64,000 bases of DNA. It comes from Clostridiaceae bacterium. Its GTDB lineage: Bacteria > Bacillota > Clostridia > Saccharofermentanales > DTU023. The notes beneath the pieces are model-generated. The model searched no databases and was not told the DNA's origin. It saw nothing but the letters and a program-made list of their open reading frames with translations. The stretch spans positions 1,593-65,592 of the forward strand of contig DUNL01000107.1 in assembly GCA_012839385.1 (NCBI GenBank), in the 5' to 3' direction. Both the position numbers and the translations under genes were made by a program. Of the stretch, positions 18,991 to 28,546 are shown one piece after another; the first letter of the stretch is position 1, and the number at the start of each line of letters is the position of its first letter.

Positions 18991-20132
18991 TATACATTTC
19001 CTCTATTACATATATTTTCGATTAGACTTTCAGCGTTAGCAGAACGCATGAGCTCCATCTGCTCCGCTCCACCGACAAAACAAATATAACCGATCTCAAT
19101 GCCGGGAATTACTTGAGCTAACAAAGTATCTTCTATTCTCTGCCCCAAAATTCGCAAAGTTTTCTCACGCAATCCCGCTCGCGTGATAATCTCCAGCGCC
19201 GCTTCCGTTGTCACGCTCTCCAGCACAGCAAGCAATTGATCACGTTCCGCTCCCGCGGCCAAGGCGCAAGCGATCATTGTTTCAATCCTGCCATCGCCAT
19301 GAGAGGAGTGAGTATTGGTGATACCGATGCCCAGCTTTACCATTTTCCCTAAATGTCCCACTAATAATAATTTGGTAAAGCCCTCTTCAATAGCTACCGC
19401 TATCGCGTCGCCAACAAAATTGCTGACCATGGTCTGCGAGGGGAAGTCGCCACCTAAACGCTCATGGACAAAGCGCTGACCGTAATTTCCTATAGTCAGC
19501 AACAAGCCTTGATGACCCTCCGCTCTTAAGACCTTAAGCTCAGAACGCACCGTCTCTACGATTGCCCGGTCACTCATCGGTTCTACTATGCCTTTGGTAC
19601 CGATAATCGAGATGCCGCCAACTATACCCAGTTTAGGATTAAAAGTTTTCGCGGCTAGCTTTTCTCCTTCCGGCACAGAGATAGTAGCAAGTAATCCGCC
19701 CTCATACCCTGCTGCCTCCGCTACTTGATGGAGCGCCTCGGTGATCTGAGCTCGGGGTACGGAATTGATAGCCGCGGCGCCCACGGGCTGATCTAAACCA
19801 GCCTTGGTCACTCGTCCTACGCCGGAGCCGCCTTCGACAAAAAAGCCTGAAGTTCTTTTGCTGACACAGGCCACTATCAGGGCGCCATCAGTAATATCCG
19901 GATCATCTCCCGCGTCTTTGCGCACTGAGCAACAGGCCTGGTCCCGCTCCCGCCAACTTGATTCAATCTCAAGCTCCAGTATATAACCACAGGGCGTTGT
20001 CAGTGTAATAACAGAGGGGGCTGCCCCGGTCAACAAATAAAGCGCCGCTCCTTTGGCAGCCGCGGCGGCGCAACTCCCGGTTGTGATACCCAACCTCATA
20101 AATTTATTATTGACGAATCTAAAATCTTCCAC
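18990..20132 (-). CDS. cbiD: Cobalt-precorrin-5B C1-methyltransferase
   Basis: 380 aa. The GITTGSCAAAAAKGA motif and length are typical of CbiD. First gene of the operon. Confidence 0.92.
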   Translation of the reverse strand: MEDFRFVNNKFMRLGITTGSCAAAAAKGAALYLLTGAAPSVITLTTPCGYILELEIESSWRERDQACCSVRKDAGDDPDITDGALIVACVSKRTSGFFVEGGSGVGRVTKAGLDQPVGAAAINSVPRAQITEALHQVAEAAGYEGGLLATISVPEGEKLAAKTFNPKLGIVGGISIIGTKGIVEPMSDRAIVETVRSELKVLRAEGHQGLLLTIGNYGQRFVHERLGGDFPSQTMVSNFVGDAIAVAIEEGFTKLLLVGHLGKMVKLGIGITNTHSSHGDGRIETMIACALAAGAERDQLLAVLESVTTEAALEIITRAGLREKTLRILGQRIEDTLLAQVIPGIEIGYICFVGGAEQMELMRSANAESLIENICNRGNV

Positions 20133-20221
20133 TTTTAACTCCGCGGCAATGATGATCCAAGTATAGCATTCAGGGTGTTTTGTGTGCTAATCTGGATAGG
20201 CGCGAAGAACAAGGAGAATAT

Positions 20222-20698
20222 ATGTATCATTATTTCCCACTGTATATCCCCTGTCAGGGCAAATTGTTTCTAATCGTAGGTGGTGGAAAAATTGCTTTAC
20301 GAAGGCTGCGGGTTTTAGCGCGGTTTTCTTTCCGGATTAAGCTGGTAGCTACTATCATCAGCCCGGAAATCAAGGCTCTGGCCGCCAATTCAAAATATGA
20401 GAATATTGAGCTATGTGAACGACCTTTCAGGCCGTCTGATCTGGAAGGAGTAAATTATGTCTTAGCGGCTACTTCTGACCATGATCTGCAGACTGAGATC
20501 GCCAAGCTCTGTCATGATCGGGAAATTCCCTGCAGCGTCGCCAGCGACAAGAAGCTTTGCTCATTTTATTTTCCCGGTCTGATTCTAAAAGATGATTTTG
20601 TTGTCTCGGTTTCTTCACAGGGACAAAGTCCCGCCGCGACTAAAGAACTTTTGCTCTATTTGCGTCAAGCGCTGGAGGAAAAGCATGACCAAGATTAG
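20222..20698 (+). CDS. sirC: Precorrin-2 dehydrogenase / sirohydrochlorin ferrochelatase-type (SirC / CysG N-terminal domain)
   Basis: Rossmann motif LIVGGGKIALRRLRVL. I moved the start to ATG 20222 (AAGGAGAA SD at 20208-20215); the track ORF starts at TTG 20180. Confidence 0.75.
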   Translation: MYHYFPLYIPCQGKLFLIVGGGKIALRRLRVLARFSFRIKLVATIISPEIKALAANSKYENIELCERPFRPSDLEGVNYVLAATSDHDLQTEIAKLCHDREIPCSVASDKKLCSFYFPGLILKDDFVVSVSSQGQSPAATKELLLYLRQALEEKHDQD

Positions 20699-21551
20699 GA
20701 TAGGTACCAGAAAAAGCAAACTGGCTATGGCTCAGTCTAAACTGGTCGCGGACGCGATAAAAGCCCATTGGCCTGATGTCGAAATCGAATTGGTACCGAT
20801 GACTACAACCGGCGACAGATTGCCGGGCCCTCTGGACAAAATGGGCGGCAAAGGACTTTTTGTCAAAGAGCTGGACGCCGCTCTCTATGAACGCCGCACC
20901 GATCTCAGTGTCCATTCCTATAAAGACGTTCCTATAGAAGTTGATCCTAACATTCCGATCTTGGCTGTGGGAAGGCGTGATTATACTGAGGATGTACTGG
21001 TGCTACCTAAGAACGGTATCTTTGATACGAGTAAACCTATCGGCACAGCCAGTGTCAGACGCGCTCTGCAAATCAAACTTCTTTATCCCGAGATTGAGAC
21101 CAAGCATATCCGCGGTAATATTTTCACGCGCCTGGATAAATTGGAAACAGGTGAATATGGTGCTCTTATTTTGGCCAGAGCCGGCCTGATGCGGATGGGG
21201 TTGAATGACCGCGTCCATCATATTTTTACGCCGGATGAGATGATACCCGCCTCTTGCCAAGGTGTTCTGGCTGTACAGGGCCGAAAAGATTTTGATAAGA
21301 AATACCTCAAAGGCTTTCACTGCGAAGAAAGTTGGTTTCTGTGCCAAGTAGAACGCAGTTTTATAAGGACTCTTGACGGTGGTTGCAGCTCTCCTTGCTG
21401 CTGTCACGCTGCCCGTGAACAGGATATGATCAGGCTCCGCGCTTTGTACAGTAGAGACAACAAAACAATTGTTACCAAAACAGCGCTGTCTGAACCGGAG
21501 CTGGCTATAGAAACCGCCATAAGATTAGCTGAAAATATCGCGAAAGCATAA
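20685..21551 (+). CDS. hemC: Hydroxymethylbilane synthase (porphobilinogen deaminase)
   Basis: MTKIRIGTRKSKLAMAQS start, and the dipyrromethane cysteine context (GGCSSPC). Start is ATG 20685 with a GGAGG SD, overlapping the sirC stop. Confidence 0.93.
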   Translation: MTKIRIGTRKSKLAMAQSKLVADAIKAHWPDVEIELVPMTTTGDRLPGPLDKMGGKGLFVKELDAALYERRTDLSVHSYKDVPIEVDPNIPILAVGRRDYTEDVLVLPKNGIFDTSKPIGTASVRRALQIKLLYPEIETKHIRGNIFTRLDKLETGEYGALILARAGLMRMGLNDRVHHIFTPDEMIPASCQGVLAVQGRKDFDKKYLKGFHCEESWFLCQVERSFIRTLDGGCSSPCCCHAAREQDMIRLRALYSRDNKTIVTKTALSEPELAIETAIRLAENIAKA

Positions 21552-21608
21552 TTTCGCTTAGCTATCGCGTAAGAAAATCAATCTAGAAACAGAGGTTTAT
21601 CAATAAAG

Positions 21609-23087
21609 ATGAAAAAAGGAAAAGTATATCTGATAGGCGCGGGACCGGGTTATCCCGGTTATCTTACGCTCAGAGGCCACCAACTACTACAAAGATCAGA
21701 TGTGGTACTGTATGATCATTTGATTGGCAAGCCCATCTTGAACTTAATCCCGGATTCAGCCGAACAGATTTATGTCGGCAAACACGGCTCCAAGCATCGC
21801 TACAAGCAGAAGGAAATTAACGACATGATAGTCGATCTCGCTACGGAGGGCAAAACAGTTGCCCGTCTTAAAGGCGGCGACAGCTTTCTGTTTGGACGCG
21901 GCGCCGAGGAGATACTGGCTATTGAAGCTGAAGGTATCGCCTTCGAAGTCGTGCCGGGAATCCCCTCACCAACATCAGTATCTTTGCTGGGCGGCATACC
22001 TCTCACCTGCCGTAACAAATCCAGCAGCATCCATATCTATACCGGACATTTCAGAGCCGGCGGCAAATTAGATTTTGACTACAAGGCTATGGTTAATACC
22101 GGGGGTACGATGGTTTTCCTGATGAGTCTGGGCAATATGCGGGAGATCGCCGCAGGTCTGATGGCAGCGGGACTAGATCCCGATACTAAAGCCGCCGCTA
22201 TTATGGAGGGCAGTCAGCCCGGTCAGCGCAAGGTCTTAGCGCCCCTGCATCAACTCTGTGACGCTATGGAAGCGGCTAATTTTGTTTCTCCGGTCTTGAT
22301 CCTGGTAGGCGCGGTCTGTGATTATTCGGAACAACTTGACTGGTTTACTAAGCGCCCTCTCTTTGGCAAACGGTATCTTGTGACAAGAGTTGAGGACACG
22401 CCGGGCAGGCTCACCTCTCTTCTGGAAGAGGAAGGAGCTGTTGTCGATCATTTTGCCACTGTTGAATACAACGCTCTATCCTTTGTCATACCTGAAAAAT
22501 TTGACTACCTGGTCTTCACCAGTCCACGGGCCGTGGATACCTTTATGACAGCCTTTCTCCAAGACAGAGATCTCAGAAGTCTAGGTGGCATCAAAATAGC
22601 CGTACTGGGAGATCGCACCGGAGCCAGATTAGAAAAGTATCATCTCCGACCCGATTATATCTCTTCTCATCCCACCGGTCGGGCACTGGCTGAAAATCTG
22701 GCCGCCGCTTGTCAAGGAGAAAACCCCGACTTAGTACTTGAAAAAGGAAAAACCATGCTCTTGCCCCGTTCAGCTGGAGGCAGTACTGAAATAAACAAGA
22801 TTTTAAGTCCATACTATGATCTGATAGATCTCCATCTCTATACAGTACGGCCACTAGAATTTGCGGGTGATATCTCAGGCTACGATCAACTACTCTTCAC
22901 CAGCGCGTCCGCCGTGCGAGGTTTCAGCAAACTAAATATGCAAGGAAAACCTGCTCTTTGTATCGGAGAGATTACCGCTCAAGCAGCTAAAGAACTGGGT
23001 ATGGATATTACAGTCGCTAGAGAGGCCAGTTTAGAAAGTATGGTCGAGACTTTGGTCGCGCAAGAATCCATCATAAAACAAAAGTAG
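21609..23087 (+). CDS. cobA-hemD: Uroporphyrinogen-III C-methyltransferase / uroporphyrinogen-III synthase fusion
   Basis: 492 aa. N-terminal SUMT (VYLIGAGPG, LKGGDSFLFGRG) and a C-terminal HEM4-like half. Confidence 0.9.
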   Translation: MKKGKVYLIGAGPGYPGYLTLRGHQLLQRSDVVLYDHLIGKPILNLIPDSAEQIYVGKHGSKHRYKQKEINDMIVDLATEGKTVARLKGGDSFLFGRGAEEILAIEAEGIAFEVVPGIPSPTSVSLLGGIPLTCRNKSSSIHIYTGHFRAGGKLDFDYKAMVNTGGTMVFLMSLGNMREIAAGLMAAGLDPDTKAAAIMEGSQPGQRKVLAPLHQLCDAMEAANFVSPVLILVGAVCDYSEQLDWFTKRPLFGKRYLVTRVEDTPGRLTSLLEEEGAVVDHFATVEYNALSFVIPEKFDYLVFTSPRAVDTFMTAFLQDRDLRSLGGIKIAVLGDRTGARLEKYHLRPDYISSHPTGRALAENLAAACQGENPDLVLEKGKTMLLPRSAGGSTEINKILSPYYDLIDLHLYTVRPLEFAGDISGYDQLLFTSASAVRGFSKLNMQGKPALCIGEITAQAAKELGMDITVAREASLESMVETLVAQESIIKQK

Positions 23088-23141
23088 CCTTGCGAAAAAA
23101 TACAACCTGTCTGGGTAGGAAAAAATTTTAAGGAGTAATTT

Positions 23142-24122
23142 ATGTTAAGTAGAGGAAGAAGACTTCGTCACAATCAACTTATCCGAGACCTAAACCGCGA
23201 AACACGCATTAGCGCTAAATCATTAATTTTTCCGCTCTTTGTTGAACATGGAACGGGCATGTCGAATCCCTTGGAGACAATGCCGGGCCAAAGCCGCTAT
23301 ACAGTAGACAAGTTAGGTCCCGTAGTGAATTCACTTTTAGAGGCGGGTGTTAACAAATTTATTCTCTTCGGCGTCCCCGAACACAAAGACCTGGAGGGTA
23401 GTGACGCCTGGTCTGACCAAGGCATCATTCAACAAGCCATGCGCCGGATCAGACAAGAATTTGGTCATGAAGTCTATCTGATCGGAGATGTTTGTATGTG
23501 CGAATATACTTCCCACGGCCATTGCGGTATTTTGGACGGAGAATATATCGACAATGATAAGACACTAGAATATCTAGGTCGTATTGCCGTGGCCCAAGCC
23601 GAGGCGGGAGCTGATATGGTAGGTCCTTCCGGCATGATGGATGGACAGGTGGCAGCAATTAGAAGGGCTCTTGACGAACGCGACTTCTTAGAGGTCGGCA
23701 TCATGAGTTATGCCGTAAAATACGCCTCCGGCTTTTATGGCCCCTTCCGTGAGGCAGTTGACAGCGCGCCTTCTTTCGGAGATAGGAGAAGCTACCAGAT
23801 GGATATGCATAACAAGCGAGAAGCTCTTCGTGAAGCCAAGCAAGATGAGGCAGAGGGAGCGGATATCCTTATTGTAAAGCCTGCTCTCAGTTATCTGGAT
23901 ATCATCTCAGCGGTAAAGGCAAACACGCTCCTACCTGTCTGCGCCTACAATGTCTCGGGGGAATATTCCATGATAGAGGCCGCCGCGGCCAAAGGCTATA
24001 TAGAAAAAGAAAGAGTGATTGACGAAGTCGCGGTCAGTTGTTTTCGGGCCGGAGCTCAAATGCTAATTAGTTATCACGCGGCGGAAATCGCCACAGCGAT
24101 ACGGGCCGGGAGAATCGGTTAG
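23142..24122 (+). CDS. hemB: Porphobilinogen synthase (Zn-type)
   Basis: 326 aa. Cys-rich Zn site DVCMCEYTSHGHCG and Schiff-base lysine contexts (ILIVKPAL). Confidence 0.95.
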   Translation: MLSRGRRLRHNQLIRDLNRETRISAKSLIFPLFVEHGTGMSNPLETMPGQSRYTVDKLGPVVNSLLEAGVNKFILFGVPEHKDLEGSDAWSDQGIIQQAMRRIRQEFGHEVYLIGDVCMCEYTSHGHCGILDGEYIDNDKTLEYLGRIAVAQAEAGADMVGPSGMMDGQVAAIRRALDERDFLEVGIMSYAVKYASGFYGPFREAVDSAPSFGDRRSYQMDMHNKREALREAKQDEAEGADILIVKPALSYLDIISAVKANTLLPVCAYNVSGEYSMIEAAAAKGYIEKERVIDEVAVSCFRAGAQMLISYHAAEIATAIRAGRIG

Positions 24123-24366
24123 GCTAGAGTGATATAATTTTTGCTTATAATATAGACTAAGCTTTTATATGGAAGGAAAGTTTATTTATAGTCAATTTAT
24201 ACAAAAAGATAAACAAAAGCTTGCAATATCTTCTCTCATCTTAATTGCATGGGGCTATTGAAACTTAGCGATATACATGGTCTAATATCCATGGTAGAGC
24301 TTGAGCTACACAATATAAGTGATAGTGACAGGCACTATACAAAACAAATGGAGGGTTATGGTTCTT

Positions 24367-25425
24367 ATGGCAAAAACAATGAAAGCTTTGGTTTACCATG
24401 GTAAAGGCAACATCTCTCTGGATGATGTACCTATGCCACAGATTATTGAGCCGGATGACGCTATTGTCCGTGTTACTACCTCAACCATCTGCGGAACAGA
24501 CATTCATATCTGGACAGGCGGTATGCCCGAAGTAGAGCCCCCCAGGATTGTTGGGCATGAATTTTGTGGTGAAATTGTAGAAGTCGGTCCCGCGGTCAGA
24601 AATGTAAAAGTTGGAGATCGCTGTGCCATTTCCTGCGTAACTCAGTGTGGTGAGTGTTTCTACTGTAGGCGCGGTCTCTATTCACATTGCGTAACCGGAA
24701 GTTGGATTTTCGGATACATGATAGATGGCTGTCAGGCTGAATATGTGCGTGTACCCCACGCTAATCTAGGTTGCCATATTATTCCCGAGGGCTTAACGGA
24801 TGAAGATGTACTCTTCGTCGGCGATATCCTGTCTACAGGCTATCTCGGCGCTGAAAATGCCCGTATAGAGCCGGGCGATACCGTCATGGTATCCGGTTCC
24901 GGCCCCGTAGGAATGTGCGCTATGGTTTGCGCCAAATTGTATGGCCCCAGTAAGGTTATCGCGGTTGATCTCAACCAGGAGCGTTTAGATTTTGCCGTCG
25001 AAAACGGCTGGGCGGATGTCGGCCTAAACCCGGACAATGTTGACGTTGTTGAAGCTGTCAAAGAAATGACCGACGGTCGTGGAGCCGATGCCACTATTGA
25101 GGCCGTAGGCGTCGCGCCCACTTTCCAGCTCGCGCTGGACGCGGTACGTCCAGGTGGACGCGTATCAGTAATTGGAGTCTTTGAAAAGCCTTTTGAGCTG
25201 GCGATGAATACTCTCTGGATTAAAAACATCTCCATCAGCATGGGACTCGTTAACGCTAACCGCATTCCTGAACTTATCAATCTAATCAAAGAAGGCAAAA
25301 TTGACATGACACCTTTGATTACACATCGTAGACCGCTGAATAAAATCCTTGACGGTTATGACGTCTTTGGAGAAAAAGCTGACAGTTGCGTGAAATGGGT
25401 TGTCACTCCTTACGAAAGAGAATAA
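24367..25425 (+). CDS. Zinc-dependent medium-chain alcohol dehydrogenase family
   Basis: GHEFCGE catalytic-Zn motif, structural-Zn cysteines (CGECFYCRRGLYSHC), GSGPVG NAD motif. The start is likely ATG 24367, 11 nt after GGAGGG at 24350-24355. Confidence 0.85.
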   Translation: MAKTMKALVYHGKGNISLDDVPMPQIIEPDDAIVRVTTSTICGTDIHIWTGGMPEVEPPRIVGHEFCGEIVEVGPAVRNVKVGDRCAISCVTQCGECFYCRRGLYSHCVTGSWIFGYMIDGCQAEYVRVPHANLGCHIIPEGLTDEDVLFVGDILSTGYLGAENARIEPGDTVMVSGSGPVGMCAMVCAKLYGPSKVIAVDLNQERLDFAVENGWADVGLNPDNVDVVEAVKEMTDGRGADATIEAVGVAPTFQLALDAVRPGGRVSVIGVFEKPFELAMNTLWIKNISISMGLVNANRIPELINLIKEGKIDMTPLITHRRPLNKILDGYDVFGEKADSCVKWVVTPYERE

Positions 25426-25575
25426 GCAAATTACTACTTGCCTTCCATAAGGCATAAGAAACAAAGCATATAATAGCCCCCAAAAGTTGGCCCCGGAAGG
25501 AGCGCTAACCGGAGGGGGTTATTCGTGTCAGCAGGCAATAGACCCATAAAGATTAAAACCATATTTATTGTGGAA

Positions 25576-25600
25576 AATCTCCCGGACAAAACGGGAGATT
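25576..25600 (-). terminator. Intrinsic terminator after the MATE gene
   Basis: 9-bp stem aatctcccg / cgggagatt with a 7-nt loop, 16 nt past the MATE stop. On the minus strand it runs into a short T tract (ATTTTCC). Confidence 0.6.
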
Positions 25601-25615
25601 AAAAAAGCATTTCTC

Positions 25616-27016
25616 TCAATGGTTGATTCGGGGACTGGTAAACCATTTACCTTTATAGTAGAGCCTGAGCTCAATCGGGATCAGTAGCATATTTGAAGCC
25701 AACATAGCAATCCAGATGCCTGTGGCACCAAGATTAAAAATGTTCTGTAAAGAAAGCACGATTGGCAAACGAAGACCCCACAGTCTCATGATGGACAGGA
25801 AGGCCGAGTAGCGATGATAACCGGCGCCGATAAAGATACCTGAAAAGGCTCCAAAAAAGCCCATAGCGGGGGTCATAACAGCGATATAGTAAACATATTC
25901 CAAGGCCAGAGACCAAACCAGGGCAGCATCCTCTCCCGACTCACGGATAAACAGATTTAATAAAGAGTGACGGAGCACAATTAACAAAATTCCGCTTGCT
26001 ACCGTAATTATAGTAATTGCCTTAAAGGCCGCTCTATTAAACTTCTTTACCCTCTCTCCTTGACCAGCGCCCAAATTCTGACCCACTAGAGGAGTCAGAG
26101 CGTTACCGATGCCTTGAGCCGGTTGTAATAGGAAGCCACTGACCCTGTTGACAGACGCGTAAGCCGCCAGAGTCGCCTGACCACAAGACACTACAATGCT
26201 ATTCATCAATGTAAAGCCCAGCGCGGTACTACTTTGACCAAGGGCTGTAGGAAAGCCTGCCCTACCAATCTCAATAAACTGTTTACTGGTAAGTTTTACT
26301 TTTCTTAATCTGAGAACAATTTCATTATCTTTAGAACGCATGGCGCCGATACCCAGGACAACTCGTAAAAACTGAGACAAGACAGTCGCCCATGCGGCAC
26401 CCGCGATGCCCATATTCAGACCTTTAATCCCTACAATAGGCACAGTCTCAAAGATGAACAAAGGATCCAGGACCACATTCACCACAGAAGTAATAAGGCT
26501 GATCTGTGTCACAACTCTGGTTTTACCTTGCGCTCCTAAAATCGCGTAAAAGGCTAAGTAAATCATTTCAAAGAAATAGCTGACCATAATGATGGAAAAA
26601 TACGTTATAGATCTCTCCGCTAATAAGCCGGTGGCACCCATCCAACCTATGATAGTCGGAGCCAACACGACAGCCAAAATACTGCAAAAGATCCCTACAC
26701 CCAAGCAGAAATAAAATACATGTGTCGCGTATGATTCCGCTCTGTCATGATTACCGGCGCCAATTAACTGTGAAATAATTGAAATTCCGGCCATAGATAT
26801 GCCCATGCCTAAAGAGACAAAAAGAAAATGGGGCGGCCAGATAAATGAGGTAGCGGAAAAGTCCACCAGAGAAACCTGCGCTATCCAGAGTCCATCAGCC
26901 AGGTTGTATAATGACATGATCATATTATTGATCATGAGAGGAACCGCGACAGCAAAAAGAACCTGTACCACAGGTCCATTTACGATATCAATTTTCTTAT
27001 TTTGAATTTTACCCAT
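25616..27016 (-). CDS. MATE-family efflux transporter
   Basis: 466 aa, 12 predicted TM, with the MATE-like N-terminus (PVVQVLFAVAVPLMINNMIMSLYNLADGLWI). Confidence 0.88.
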   Translation of the reverse strand: MGKIQNKKIDIVNGPVVQVLFAVAVPLMINNMIMSLYNLADGLWIAQVSLVDFSATSFIWPPHFLFVSLGMGISMAGISIISQLIGAGNHDRAESYATHVFYFCLGVGIFCSILAVVLAPTIIGWMGATGLLAERSITYFSIIMVSYFFEMIYLAFYAILGAQGKTRVVTQISLITSVVNVVLDPLFIFETVPIVGIKGLNMGIAGAAWATVLSQFLRVVLGIGAMRSKDNEIVLRLRKVKLTSKQFIEIGRAGFPTALGQSSTALGFTLMNSIVVSCGQATLAAYASVNRVSGFLLQPAQGIGNALTPLVGQNLGAGQGERVKKFNRAAFKAITIITVASGILLIVLRHSLLNLFIRESGEDAALVWSLALEYVYYIAVMTPAMGFFGAFSGIFIGAGYHRYSAFLSIMRLWGLRLPIVLSLQNIFNLGATGIWIAMLASNMLLIPIELRLYYKGKWFTSPRINH

Positions 27017-27189
27017 CTACAAATTAAACTAAAATGAATTATTGTAACCACTCTAACAATTATTGATTAGTAAATGCAAGCTATCACCATTCTAAGCAGG
27101 TATAGAGCTAGCGCGGTAATAACCACTCAACGCCATACTCCTGAAATATCTCCTACCCGAGATGACAATTACTGTAATTAAGTGATCGC

Positions 27190-28350
27190 TCAGTGACTGC
27201 TTAATTGACGCCTGCCGATAGTCAGATATAAAACTAAAGCAATCGCGACAGAAGCGGCAGACCAGAGAAACATATCGCCGTAACTGGATATCGCGGCAAC
27301 CTGCCCCAAGATAATAGAGCCAAAACCAATCCCGGTATCAAAGCCGATGAAGAAGGTTGAATTGGCTAAGCCCATGCGATCTCTAGGCGCGCTAGTAACT
27401 GCCATGGCTTGCAGACTGGTTTGCGTAGCTCCAAAACCTATACCATAAGCGGCGCCGGAAATCAGAAATAATGGTAAAGTCGTAGCTTTGCCCAGCAATA
27501 ACATTGAGATCATAATGATTAATAAGCCTGGAATCACCGCTAAGCTAAAACCAAAGCGATCGACAAGCATACCAAAAAGAGGTCGGGAAATTACCATGGC
27601 AATAGCCATAACGGTAAAAAAAGTTCCGGCCTTAGTAAAACCCCTTTCCTGCGCATAAAGGGCTAAAAAGCTATTTATCGCGCCATATGTTACCGTCGTA
27701 AAGAACATAATAACGGAAGGACGTACAGATGTCATTTCAAATAGTTCGAGTTGTTTTTGAGCTTTCTTCTCAGTCGTGACCGGCTTATATTTAAGCGCGA
27801 AAGATAAGAATAAGGCTACCAAAACAAGGCTGGTAGCTAAAAGAGAGGCCGCCTTAAAGCTATAGTTCGCGATAATATATAGCCCAATGCCCGGGAAGAT
27901 AGCCATAGCTACATTGGCGGCAAGGGTGAAATAGCCCATGCCTTCACCAAAGCGCTGGCCGGGAATAACGTCTGAGGCAATAGTATTGGTAGCTGTGCTG
28001 GCAATCCCCCAACCAAGACCATGAACAAATCTCACCGCTAATATTAAACCTACTGTCGGTAACCAACTATAAGAAGCCGTAGCCACGATAAAGACAATTA
28101 AACCAAACAGGAAAATTATTCTTCTGCCAAGCCTATCAAGCGCGCTACCGGTAAACGGTCTGACCAATAAAGCGGCAATAGTAAAGATACCGGTTACCCA
28201 ACCAATAGTATTGTCACTGATCCCTAGGCTCTTAACATACACAGGTAATATAGGAGTCAACAATTGAAAACCAAAGAAAATTGTTAGATTAATGGTAGTG
28301 ATAAGGACAAACTGAAAGGTCCATAACTTTTCTTTCTTTTTACTGTTCAT
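27190..28350 (-). CDS. MFS transporter
   Basis: 386 aa, 12 TM, with the MFS loop motif GSALDRLGRR. Confidence 0.85.
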   Translation of the reverse strand: MNSKKKEKLWTFQFVLITTINLTIFFGFQLLTPILPVYVKSLGISDNTIGWVTGIFTIAALLVRPFTGSALDRLGRRIIFLFGLIVFIVATASYSWLPTVGLILAVRFVHGLGWGIASTATNTIASDVIPGQRFGEGMGYFTLAANVAMAIFPGIGLYIIANYSFKAASLLATSLVLVALFLSFALKYKPVTTEKKAQKQLELFEMTSVRPSVIMFFTTVTYGAINSFLALYAQERGFTKAGTFFTVMAIAMVISRPLFGMLVDRFGFSLAVIPGLLIIMISMLLLGKATTLPLFLISGAAYGIGFGATQTSLQAMAVTSAPRDRMGLANSTFFIGFDTGIGFGSIILGQVAAISSYGDMFLWSAASVAIALVLYLTIGRRQLSSH

Positions 28351-28546
28351 TATTGGCCTCTTTGCCTATTATTTGTAGCTTAGATTTATATTATACCTTT
28401 GAAGTAAAGGATAAACTTTTTACGAGCAATTCGTAACGATACCGTACCTGATCAATATTATTTACTCATTACTTACAATTGTACTCACAAGAATTTGATA
28501 CATTGCGATACACTAATGTGATAGGAAAAAAGGAGAGATACTTTCA

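Noticed and set aside
20133-20221. Cobalamin riboswitch expected upstream of cbiD
   Set aside because: Only 89 bp separate the cbiD start from the sirC start. No aptamer core motifs are present and there is no space for a riboswitch plus two promoters.
20592-20684. 31-codon N-terminal extension of hemC in the track
   Set aside because: It lies inside sirC in another frame. ATG 20685 with a GGAGG SD gives the canonical MTKIRIGTRKS HemC N-terminus.
21003-21407. 134-aa minus-strand ORF
   Set aside because: Antisense to hemC, with no start context and no motifs.
24840-25307. 155-aa minus-strand ORF
   Set aside because: Antisense shadow of the Zn-alcohol dehydrogenase gene, with Ser/Thr/Ala/Pro-rich composition.
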